64,000 nucleotides of DNA from Ferrovibrio sp. (GTDB lineage: Bacteria; Pseudomonadota; Alphaproteobacteria; Ferrovibrionales; Ferrovibrionaceae), in assembly GCF_002796975.1 (NCBI RefSeq), contig NZ_PEKV01000003.1, positions 14,870 to 78,869 of the forward strand. Direction: 5' to 3'. The notes beneath the pieces were generated by a model that ran no database searches, was not told the origin of the DNA, and saw nothing but the letters and a program-made list of their open reading frames with translations. A program made the position numbers and the translations under genes. This document shows positions 55,718 through 64,000 of the stretch, piece by piece. Each line of letters begins with the position of its first letter. Within the stretch, counting starts at the first letter, position 1.

Positions 55718-57955
55718 TCAGGGGCGAGAAACGGCCCTGTCCGACTTCGGCAGCGCAGCAAACAAACCGAGCAGGAACCAGAAGCTGCGCTGATAGAAGA
55801 AGTCATGCACGGCGGCACCGGCGGCGATGCAGATCATCGCAATCAGCAGACCGACGGCCCAGCCGGCTGCATCCGGATGCCTGATATGGCGATGGGCGTA
55901 GACCATCAGCGCCGCGAAGGTACCTCCAACTACTGCTAGGCCTACCAGCCCGGTCTCTGCCAGCAGCCAGACCGGCACCGAATGGATCACCAGTGGACCG
56001 CCGGTGAGGCTGAGATAGTGGTGCATATAGGCGCCAAGGCCATTACCGAAGATAGGACGTTCCAGCCACATCGCCCAGCCGTCGGTGATGCTGGTCCAGC
56101 GTTCAAGATCGCCGGACTGACGCTCCAGATTGACCTGCAGCAGATCGGTGAGAATGGAGATATAGTTTGAGTCGCCCAACAGCCCCCGCACGGTGAAAAG
56201 TTCCATGATAAACCGAAGCAGGAGGCCATAAAGGAGATGAAGCTGCGTGCTTGCTAGCAAGGCGGCGATCGACCACAGCGCGGCCGGCAGCAGGCTGCGC
56301 CGTCGTACCCCGGCTGGGAAGATCATCATCGCTGCCAACATGATGAAAAACATGCCAAGGCCTGCACGCGAATGGCAGAAATAGATCGCGATGGCGATGA
56401 TGCTGAGGGTCAGCGGCAGCAGATAGTTGCGCCGGCCGTAAAGTCCGAGATGGCGCGCGGCAATCGCCGCCGCTCCGGTCACGATCAGCTGCACGGCGAA
56501 GGCATTGGTATTGCCGGCATAGCCCTTGAGCGGCAGAGAGAAGATATCGACGTGAAATCTGAAACCGCTGAGCACCATGAACATCAGGACGATCTGCAAA
56601 ACAGCGATCGTCGTGCCGGTGGCCACAAAAGCCGACAGGATGATCCGCCGGTATCGCTCGGTCGTCATCGCAACCGCAATGCCGGTGGTGGCGTAACCGA
56701 GAATGATCAGCCAGCCGAGGCCGCGGTTGAGAAATGCCCAGCTGGTCCAGCCGAAACGCAGATAGCCGTGGGCCAGCGATGCGGCAAGCACCAGCGACAC
56801 GGCCGCCAGCCCAATCAGCAGCACCCTTGGCAGTGGCAGCGTATGCCGGTGGGTCCACAGGAAGTAGGGCGCAAGTCCCAGACTGGTCAGCGCGATCAGA
56901 TCGGCGATGTTGGCGGTCAGTTCGCCGCTGCTGGTAGGAACGCGCAGCTGGAAGAACAGCAGCAGTGTGCACAACAATGCGCCGCCAATGACGCCGAGAT
57001 TGCTCCAGTCGACGCTCGGCGCAGGCGCAGTGACGAGTGGCTTCTGGGCGGTATATTTCTTGCGGTGCCGCATCATGATCGTGGTGCTGATGACAGCAAA
57101 TGCGACCACGAGCAGGAGATACAGCAGGCCGATGGCGACGGCGCTGGCAACCGCGGCGGATTCATCAACACCGACGGCGCCCAGCGCCTGTGCGGCACTC
57201 AGTTCACGAATACCCCAGCCGGAAAAGCTGATCGGCAGGCTGGAGGTGAACATCACCACGATCAGGGCAGCGATGACGGTGCCGTCGATACGGACAATGC
57301 CTAACCCCCACAGCAGCGTTATGTAGGCGGCCAACATGCAGCTATGTGCCAGCAGCGTGATCGCCACGCTGGGCCACTGCCGCAGGACGGTGTTCAGGCC
57401 GCCGGAAATGCCATTCAGCATGCCGGCCGGGCGCAGTACCGTAACGGCCACTACGATGGCGGCGACCAGCATGGTGACAAGCAGCGACAGCAGCGACAGG
57501 CCCGCCGGCAGCAGGTCGAAATGAATGTTGACGAAGAGATACCACAGGCTGGCAAGGCTGAGCAGGAACAGTATGGCAGCAGCCTGGATGCGCTCCCAAT
57601 AGGTCGCGATCACCGAGGCGCTGAACGGCACGCCATCGGCGGCGAGCGCGGCGGCACGACTGAGGCTCTGGCCGATGATATTCAGGAAGATCTGGTTCGA
57701 GACCTGGCCGATCGAATGGGCGAAGAACAGGCTGCGCCAGCTGGGATGAAAGCCCAGGCCGCCTAGTACCGAGCGGAAGCGCACCAGTGAGAGCAGCGAA
57801 TTGGCCAGCACCAGCACGGCGGCCATGGCGATGCTCGTCCATTGGATCGAGCCCAGGGTGTCGATAACCGTATCAATGCCAACGAAATACAGGGTCGCAA
57901 CAAGCGATCCGAGCGAGATCAGCGCAAGAAAGGCGAGACGAAGGCCACGGGCCAT
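55718..57955 (-). CDS. Fusion of a lysylphosphatidylglycerol-synthase-TM (flippase-like) domain and an O-antigen ligase/Wzy-like domain
   Basis: N-half has SLPISFSGWGIRE. C-half has HSRAG, ERW......W.M..ERPIFGNGLG and IHSVPVWLLAETGLVG; many TM segments. Confidence 0.75.
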   Translation of the reverse strand: MARGLRLAFLALISLGSLVATLYFVGIDTVIDTLGSIQWTSIAMAAVLVLANSLLSLVRFRSVLGGLGFHPSWRSLFFAHSIGQVSNQIFLNIIGQSLSRAAALAADGVPFSASVIATYWERIQAAAILFLLSLASLWYLFVNIHFDLLPAGLSLLSLLVTMLVAAIVVAVTVLRPAGMLNGISGGLNTVLRQWPSVAITLLAHSCMLAAYITLLWGLGIVRIDGTVIAALIVVMFTSSLPISFSGWGIRELSAAQALGAVGVDESAAVASAVAIGLLYLLLVVAFAVISTTIMMRHRKKYTAQKPLVTAPAPSVDWSNLGVIGGALLCTLLLFFQLRVPTSSGELTANIADLIALTSLGLAPYFLWTHRHTLPLPRVLLIGLAAVSLVLAASLAHGYLRFGWTSWAFLNRGLGWLIILGYATTGIAVAMTTERYRRIILSAFVATGTTIAVLQIVLMFMVLSGFRFHVDIFSLPLKGYAGNTNAFAVQLIVTGAAAIAARHLGLYGRRNYLLPLTLSIIAIAIYFCHSRAGLGMFFIMLAAMMIFPAGVRRRSLLPAALWSIAALLASTQLHLLYGLLLRFIMELFTVRGLLGDSNYISILTDLLQVNLERQSGDLERWTSITDGWAMWLERPIFGNGLGAYMHHYLSLTGGPLVIHSVPVWLLAETGLVGLAVVGGTFAALMVYAHRHIRHPDAAGWAVGLLIAMICIAAGAAVHDFFYQRSFWFLLGLFAALPKSDRAVSRP

Positions 57956-58084
57956 TGCGAATGGTCGAATCTGAAGGAGACGCGCGCTATCTGTCGATGA
58001 CGCCTGAGGTCATGGTCATGCCACGCTGTCCGTGTACGGGCAAGTTGTCCATAAGACGCGGCTGGAAAAAGATTCGCGGGCAGA

Positions 58085-58159
58085 TGGTGCTGCTGGACAG
58101 GATTGAACTGTCGACCTCCTCATTACCAATGAGGTGCTCTACCACTGAGCTACAGCAGC
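58085..58159 (-). tRNA. tRNA-Thr(GGT)
   Basis: Reverse complement GCTGCTGTAGCTCAGTGGTAGAGCACCTCATTGGTAATGAGGAGGTCGACAGTTCAATCCTGTCCAGCAGCACCA folds as a cloverleaf with anticodon GGT and encoded CCA. Confidence 0.97.
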
Positions 58160-58447
58160 CCGGCAGGCCCGGCTTTTAATCCGAACGAATTAATGCGGGC
58201 CTAAAACGACAAACCGGCCCTCGGACCCTGAAAGTCCGGCCGGCGTCGGGCGCGGAAACTGCCACAGCCGGCCGGCGCGCGCAAGCACGACATCGCAGCT
58301 TTCCGCCCGGTTTTGCGAAATCGGGGATTTGTCTGTCTTTCCCGGCAGTTGAGCCCGGATTCCGCCGCTCGCCCGCCGCATATTACGATTGACGGCCACA
58401 GGGCTGCTGACTATCGCTGGCGGCGCTGCAAGGATGGCAGGACAGGA

Positions 58448-58636
58448 ATGGCAGACAGCGACAATTCGGCTCCCGAAACACCGGTCTCGGCCCAGCGCCG
58501 CCGCACGGCGAAAGCGCGTGCCGAGCGCGAGACCCGGCTGGCCGCGAACCTGCGCGCCAATATCGCCCGCCGCAAACAGCAGGCCCGCGACCGGAGCGCC
58601 AGCGGTGCTGATGAACCCGACGACCCCGCCGCTTGA
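58448..58636 (+). CDS. Small basic conserved hypothetical protein
   Basis: RLAANLRANIARRKQQAR, a motif I recognise from small alphaproteobacterial genes near murA; AGGA RBS. Confidence 0.6.
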   Translation: MADSDNSAPETPVSAQRRRTAKARAERETRLAANLRANIARRKQQARDRSASGADEPDDPAA

Positions 58637-58700
58637 CGGGCCAGCGCGGCCCGCTTAAGCCCGAACGACCGTATTTCCGCCACCGAAAGGGCACCGCTGC

Positions 58701-59255
58701 ATGTCCGTCATGTCCGATATCTGGATTCGCGAAATGGCGAAGACGCAGGGCATGATCGAGCCCTTCGTCGAGGCGCAGAAGCGCGAGGGCACGATCTCCT
58801 ACGGCCTGTCCTCCTATGGCTATGACGCCCGCGTGGCGCGCGAATTCAAGATCTTCACCAATGTCGACAGCGCGGTGGTCGACCCGAAGGAATTCTCGCC
58901 GGCCTCTTTCGTCGACCGCGACACCGATGTCTGCGTCATTCCGCCCAATTCCTTTGCGCTGGCGCGTACGGTGGAATATTTCCGCATTCCACGCGATGTG
59001 CTGGTGATCTGCCTGGGGAAAAGCACCTATGCGCGCTGCGGCATCATCGTCAATGTGACGCCGCTGGAGCCGGAATGGGAAGGCCATGTGACGCTGGAAT
59101 TCTCCAACACCACGCCGTTGCCGGCGAAGATTTATGCGAATGAAGGCGCCTGCCAGTTCCTCTTCCTCAAGGGCGATCAGCCCTGCGAGGTGAGCTATGC
59201 CGACCGCGCCGGCAAATATATGGGCCAGCGCGGCGTCACGCTGCCGAAGTTATAG
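58701..59255 (+). CDS. dcd: dCTP deaminase
   Basis: [40 protein letters not shown]. Confidence 0.97.
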   Translation: MSVMSDIWIREMAKTQGMIEPFVEAQKREGTISYGLSSYGYDARVAREFKIFTNVDSAVVDPKEFSPASFVDRDTDVCVIPPNSFALARTVEYFRIPRDVLVICLGKSTYARCGIIVNVTPLEPEWEGHVTLEFSNTTPLPAKIYANEGACQFLFLKGDQPCEVSYADRAGKYMGQRGVTLPKL

Positions 59256-59777
59256 GGCCGAAGCTGTAATGCCTGCACCTGCTGCGCGATACTGGCGCAG
59301 CAGGGCGACAAACCAGCCGATGAAATAGCCGGCGCTGGCGCCCGAGACTGCGATATCGGCCTGCAGCAGCATTGCCTTCTGCGCCGTCAGAATGGCGGCC
59401 GTCACGATCAGCGCATAATGCGCGAAGAAGATGATCAGGTTGCGCGCCAGCGGCCAGCCGCTCGCCGGCAGTTCGACTTCGCGCCGTGTGCGATCGACGC
59501 CGAGCAGTTGCGGGCCGGTCGCCAGGCCGAGTGTCGCACCGAGAATCAGCCCGCCGAGCCAGAGCGCTGCGATGATCCCGGCCTCGAACGGTCGCGCCGC
59601 CAGGCCCGACAGGCCCCAGATGACGAAGACGACCGGCACGATGGCGACGCGACGCAGAGCCATGCGGCGACTCTTCAGCCCCAGGCTGCCGAGCCAGATC
59701 AGCAGCGCGAGCAGGGCCCAGACCCAGAGCGGGGTGTTGGCGAGGATGCCGGTGGCGTAGCCGAGAAAGGTGGTCAT
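59250..59777 (-). CDS. Integral membrane protein (DUF6622-like)
   Basis: [15 protein letters not shown], five to six hydrophobic segments; start at ATG 59777. Confidence 0.65.
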   Translation of the reverse strand: MTTFLGYATGILANTPLWVWALLALLIWLGSLGLKSRRMALRRVAIVPVVFVIWGLSGLAARPFEAGIIAALWLGGLILGATLGLATGPQLLGVDRTRREVELPASGWPLARNLIIFFAHYALIVTAAILTAQKAMLLQADIAVSGASAGYFIGWFVALLRQYRAAGAGITASAL

Positions 59778-59992
59778 GCGGGCCTCTGGTTTAAGTATCG
59801 GCAAACTGGCCGGCGTCGTCGTCGCCGGCAACCGCATTTCCGCCGCATTGTGATGGCGTTTACGCATCCGGCTGCAGATGCCGCGCTGCAACCGCGCACT
59901 GGCGATTCGGCCCCCGTTGCGCTAGACAAGCGGTGCCCTAATTTATCTCTGACCGGCAATTTCGGCCGGTAGTTCTTTGGAATCAATGCGTT

Positions 59993-61273
59993 ATGGATAG
60001 AATTCGGTTGCGCGGCGGCAAGCCGCTGGAAGGCAGCATCGGCATCGGCGGCGCCAAGAACGCGGCGCTGCCGCTGATGGCGGCCAGCCTGCTGAGCGAG
60101 GAGACGCTGACGCTCTCCAACGTGCCGCATCTGGCCGATATCGCCACCATGGCGCATCTGCTGCAGCAGCATGGCGTCGACATCTCGATGGATGGCGGCA
60201 ACGGTACGCCCGAGGGCCGCACCATGCACCTCAACGGCGGCAGGATCACCTCGATGCTGGCGCCCTACGACATCGTGCGCAAAATGCGCGCGAGCGTGCT
60301 GGTGCTTGGGCCCTTGCTGGCGCGGTTCGGCGAGGCGGAGGTGTCCTTGCCAGGCGGCTGTGCGATTGGTACGCGGCCGGTCGATCTGCATATCATGGGT
60401 CTCAAGGCGCTCGGCGCCGAGATCAATGTCGAGAACGGCTATATCAAGGCCAAGGCGAAGAAGGGCCTGAAGGGCGCGACCATCCGCTTCCCGCAGGTCA
60501 GTGTCGGTGCCACCGAGAACCTGCTGATGGCGGCCGCGCTGGCCGACGGCACCACGGTGCTGGAGAATGCCGCACGCGAGCCCGAGATCACCGACCTCGT
60601 GCAATGCCTTGTCGCCATGGGCGCGATGATCGACGGCGTCGGCAGCGAGCATCTCACCGTGCATGGCAAGCCGTCCTTGCGCGGCGCGACGCATAAGATC
60701 GTGCCGGACCGTATCGAAATTGGCACGTACCTCGCCGCTGTCGCCATCTGCGGCGGCAAGGTCGAACTGACCGGCGCGCGGCTCGACCTGATCGAGGCGG
60801 TGGCGGAGAAGCTGGTCGAAGCCGGCTGCCTGATCGAGCAGACCACGCGCGGCATCTCGATCGCGCGCAACGGGTCGCGCCTGAAAGGCGTCGATTTCCT
60901 CACCGCGCCCTATCCGGGTTTCCCGACCGACATGCAGGCGCAGATGATGTCGCTGATGGCGGTGGCGGAAGGCGCCTCGATGATCACCGAGACGATCTTC
61001 GAGAACCGTTTCATGCATGTGCCGGAACTGGCGCGCATGGGCGCGAATATCGTGGTGCATGGCTCGTCGGCGCTGGTGCGCGGCGTGCCCAAGCTGACCG
61101 GCGCGCCGGTGATGGCGACCGATCTGCGCGCGTCTGTGTCTCTCGTTCTTGCCGGTCTCGCTGCCGAAGGCGAAACCGTCGTCAACCGCGTCTATCATCT
61201 CGATCGCGGCTACGAGCGGCTGGAAGACAAGCTGTCAGCCTGCGGCGCGGATATCGAAAGACTGAAGGACTGA
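59993..61273 (+). CDS. murA: UDP-N-acetylglucosamine 1-carboxyvinyltransferase
   Basis: [49 protein letters not shown]. Confidence 0.99.
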   Translation: MDRIRLRGGKPLEGSIGIGGAKNAALPLMAASLLSEETLTLSNVPHLADIATMAHLLQQHGVDISMDGGNGTPEGRTMHLNGGRITSMLAPYDIVRKMRASVLVLGPLLARFGEAEVSLPGGCAIGTRPVDLHIMGLKALGAEINVENGYIKAKAKKGLKGATIRFPQVSVGATENLLMAAALADGTTVLENAAREPEITDLVQCLVAMGAMIDGVGSEHLTVHGKPSLRGATHKIVPDRIEIGTYLAAVAICGGKVELTGARLDLIEAVAEKLVEAGCLIEQTTRGISIARNGSRLKGVDFLTAPYPGFPTDMQAQMMSLMAVAEGASMITETIFENRFMHVPELARMGANIVVHGSSALVRGVPKLTGAPVMATDLRASVSLVLAGLAAEGETVVNRVYHLDRGYERLEDKLSACGADIERLKD

Positions 61274-61274
61274 G

Positions 61275-61766
61275 ATGCAGGAAGACCGCCGCAAGACGCC
61301 GCGTTTTCCGCCTCTGCGTTTGCGCGCAGAAGACGCGGAGGACGTGACCGTGCTGGCGGCCTGCCTGCAGGATGCGACCTTGCGCGCCGGCGATATGACC
61401 TGGCAGCCGCAGCAGCGCCGCTTTGTCATGGTGCTGAACCGCTTCCGCTGGGAAGACGAGAACCGCGTCGATGCGCGCGGCAAGCTGGTCCGCGCTCTGC
61501 CGCATGTGCGCGTCGCTGCCGGCCTGCATTTCGACGGCGTGCTGAAAGTGCAATCGAACGGCATCGACCGCGAGGATGCGACGCCGCTCGAACTGCTCTC
61601 CATTGTGGCCGAACCGCATGGCGAAGCGCCGGCGGCTCTACTCACCCTTGTATTTGCCGGCGGCGGTGCCGTCCGGCTCGAAGTCGAATGCGTGGACGCA
61701 CAGATGCAGGATCTGGGAACTCCCTATCCGGTGCGTCGCGCGCCCAAGCATAAGGAAGTGTCATGA
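61275..61766 (+). CDS. DUF2948 family protein
   Basis: [42 protein letters not shown]; lies between murA and his genes. Confidence 0.9.
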   Translation: MQEDRRKTPRFPPLRLRAEDAEDVTVLAACLQDATLRAGDMTWQPQQRRFVMVLNRFRWEDENRVDARGKLVRALPHVRVAAGLHFDGVLKVQSNGIDREDATPLELLSIVAEPHGEAPAALLTLVFAGGGAVRLEVECVDAQMQDLGTPYPVRRAPKHKEVS

Positions 61767-62461
61767 GCGTGTCCGATTCGAACAAACTGGTGATGGCTCT
61801 GCCCAAGGGGCGTATCCTGAAAGAGGTCATGCCGCTGCTGCTCGCCGCCGGCATCGAACCCGAGAAGGACTTCTCCAACGAGGACAGCCGCAAGCTGCGC
61901 TTCGCCACCAGCCAGCCCGATATTGAGCTGATCCGCGTGCGCAGCTTCGATGTCGCCACCTTCGTGGCCTTCGGCGCGGCGCAGCTCGGCGTCGCCGGTA
62001 ATGATGTGCTGATGGAATTCGACTTCCCGGAAATCTACGCGCCGCTCGATCTCGATATTGGGCATTGCAGATTGTCAGTCGCCGAGCCGGCCTCGCTCTC
62101 TGCCTCTGACGATCCGAAGCGCTGGAGCCATGTGCGTGTCGCCACCAAATATCCGCATGTGACGCAGAACTACTTTGCCGCGCGCGGGGTGCAGGCGGAA
62201 TGCATCAAGCTGAACGGCGCGATGGAACTGGCGCCGACGCTCGGCTTGTGCCGCCGCATCGTCGATCTGGTCTCGACCGGCGCTACGCTCAAGGCCAACG
62301 GTCTGGTCGAAGTGGAAGTGATCGCGCAGGTCACCTCGCGCCTGGTGGTGAATCGCGCAGCCCTGAAGACCCGTCCGATCCAGGTCGGCGGCTGGCTGGA
62401 GAAGTTCACAGCGGCCGTGGAAGCTGCGAATGCCGCCAAACCCAAGAAGGCGGCCGGCTGA
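61763..62461 (+). CDS. hisG: ATP phosphoribosyltransferase, short form
   Basis: [51 protein letters not shown]. Confidence 0.96.
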   Translation: MSVSDSNKLVMALPKGRILKEVMPLLLAAGIEPEKDFSNEDSRKLRFATSQPDIELIRVRSFDVATFVAFGAAQLGVAGNDVLMEFDFPEIYAPLDLDIGHCRLSVAEPASLSASDDPKRWSHVRVATKYPHVTQNYFAARGVQAECIKLNGAMELAPTLGLCRRIVDLVSTGATLKANGLVEVEVIAQVTSRLVVNRAALKTRPIQVGGWLEKFTAAVEAANAAKPKKAAG

Positions 62462-63762
62462 TGCCCGTTTCGCTGAATGCGTCCGACAGGGATTTCACCG
62501 TACGCTTCAACGCCATGGTGAAGGCCAAACGCGATGCCGAGGCCGATGTCTCGGCTGTGGTAGCAGGGATCATCGCCGATGTGCGCAAGCGCGGCGACGC
62601 GGCACTGCATGAGCTGAACGCGAAATTCGACCAGGTCGATTCCGCCAAACTCGGCCTGCGCATCTCGCAGTCCGAGATCGACACAGCGGCTGCGCAGGTC
62701 GATGCCGCGACGCTGCAGGCGCTCGAAACCGCCGCCGCGCGTATCCGCGATTTCCACGCGCGCCAAAAGCCGTCAGATGATTTCTACACCGATGCGCAGG
62801 GTGTGCAGCTCGGCCATCGCTGGACTGCGCTGGATGCCGTAGGTCTTTACGTGCCCGGCGGCAAGGCCGCCTATCCGTCGTCGGTGCTGATGAACGCCAT
62901 TCCGGCCGTGGTGGCCGGCGTGCGCCGCGTCGTCGTCACGCTGCCGACGCCGGGCGGCGAACTCAACCCGCTGGTGATGGCGGCACTGAAACTCGCCGGC
63001 GTGACGGAAGTCTATCGCATCGGCGGCGCGCAGGCGGTAGCCGCCCTGGCCTATGGCACCGAAAGCATTCCTGCGGTCGACAAGATCACCGGCCCGGGCA
63101 ACAGCTTCGTCGTCACCGCGAAACGCTTGGTCTTCGGCCAGGTCGGCATCGACAATCCGGCGGGTCCGTCCGAAATCCTCGTCGTGGCGGATAGCAAGAA
63201 CGATCCGGCCTGGATCGCCGCCGATCTGCTCAGCCAGGCCGAGCATGACGAAGTGGCGCAGTCGGTACTGATCACCGATGACGCCGCTTTTGCCGAAAAG
63301 GTCGGCGCCGCCGTGCGCCAGCAGCTTTCGACCATGTCGCGCAGCAGTATCGCCATGCCATCCTGGGAGAAGTTCGGCGCGCTGATCACCGTGAAGCAGC
63401 TGTCCGATGCAGCGCCGCTGGTGGATGCCATCGCGCCCGAGCATCTGGAGCTTGCCATCGACGATCCACAGATGCTGGCCAACAAGGTGCGCCATGCCGG
63501 CGCGATCTTCCTCGGCCGTCACACGCCGGAAGCCATCGGCGACTATGTTGCCGGTCCGAACCATGTTCTGCCCACGGCAGGCGCCGCGCGTTTCGCCTCG
63601 GGGCTGAACCTGCTCGATTTCATGAAGCGTACCACGCTGGTGCAGTGCGACGCGGATTCGCTGCAGAAGATTGGCCCAGCCGCCGTGGTGCTGGCCAATG
63701 CCGAAGGCCTGCAGGGTCATGCATTGTCGGTCAGTATCCGTCTCCCCAAAGGAGCCGTATGA
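62461..63762 (+). CDS. hisD: Histidinol dehydrogenase
   Basis: GLYVPGGKAAYPSSVLM, GGAQAVAALAYGT, AGPSEILV, DLLSQAEHD, GDYVAGPNHVLPT. Confidence 0.98.
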   Translation: MPVSLNASDRDFTVRFNAMVKAKRDAEADVSAVVAGIIADVRKRGDAALHELNAKFDQVDSAKLGLRISQSEIDTAAAQVDAATLQALETAAARIRDFHARQKPSDDFYTDAQGVQLGHRWTALDAVGLYVPGGKAAYPSSVLMNAIPAVVAGVRRVVVTLPTPGGELNPLVMAALKLAGVTEVYRIGGAQAVAALAYGTESIPAVDKITGPGNSFVVTAKRLVFGQVGIDNPAGPSEILVVADSKNDPAWIAADLLSQAEHDEVAQSVLITDDAAFAEKVGAAVRQQLSTMSRSSIAMPSWEKFGALITVKQLSDAAPLVDAIAPEHLELAIDDPQMLANKVRHAGAIFLGRHTPEAIGDYVAGPNHVLPTAGAARFASGLNLLDFMKRTTLVQCDADSLQKIGPAAVVLANAEGLQGHALSVSIRLPKGAV

Positions 63763-64000
63763 CCGACAAGACGCCGCCGGACTGCCACCGTCTCGTCGAA
63801 GTACAGCTCGACGAGCGTACGGTGGTGCGCCGCTCGGCCGATATCGAGCATGAACTGAAGGTCGCGATCTTCGACCTGATCGAGCAGAACACTTTCTCGC
63901 CGGTCGGTGCGACCGAGACACAGGGACCGTTCCAGCTATCGCTCGGCATTGCCGACAACCGGCTGGTCTTCGACATCAGCGACGAGACAGCAGCACCGCT
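63759..64000 (+). CDS. UPF0262 family protein (runs off the window end)
   Basis: ATG 63759 after GGAG; V.LDE.T.....DIEHE.KVAIFDLIE.NYF. Confidence 0.85.
   Translation, partial: MTDKTPPDCHRLVEVQLDERTVVRRSADIEHELKVAIFDLIEQNTFSPVGATETQGPFQLSLGIADNRLVFDISDETAAP

Noticed and set aside
54158-58085. Integrative island at tRNA-Thr
   Set aside because: No integrase and no duplicated tRNA 3' end seen in the window; only the position is suggestive.
57955-58179. 74-aa plus-strand ORF
   Set aside because: Overlaps tRNA-Thr on the opposite strand; its C-terminus is simply the translated tRNA.

Overview
A GC-rich (about two-thirds G+C by eye) chromosomal segment of an alphaproteobacterium. Gene order and protein sequences suggest Rhodospirillales-like; this is inferred, not searched. 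The housekeeping backbone includes thrS-infC, rplU-rpmA-obgE-proB-proA-nadD, a DinG-family helicase, pyrD, pyrC, psd-pssA, a catalase, tRNA-Thr(GGT), and dcd, murA-DUF2948-hisG-hisD-UPF0262. The main accessory structure is a phage/GTA-like module at 22.7-26.7 kb. It has a CI-like S24 repressor, two near-consensus alphaproteobacterial LexA boxes, a T7-type portal gene fused out of frame to the 3' part of a terminase large-subunit gene (an internal deletion at about 24655), and an intact membrane protein / cell-wall hydrolase / 3TM-holin trio. Other notable elements are a PilZ domain fused to a histone-H1-like Lys/Ala tail divergent from three tandem pentapeptide-repeat paralogs, six stand-alone PAS_5-type proteins (four in tandem), two tandem exported HExxH-peptidase/Sel1 paralogs, a class II Fic gene with an iterated AT-rich upstream region, a class C beta-lactamase, and a flippase-like/O-antigen-ligase fusion beside the tRNA. 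A family of GTCAT...ATGAC REP-like palindromes is scattered through the window, and three of them bracket a low-GC orphan gene. No CRISPR array, integrase or transposase was seen. All family assignments come from motif recognition by eye, with no database search.
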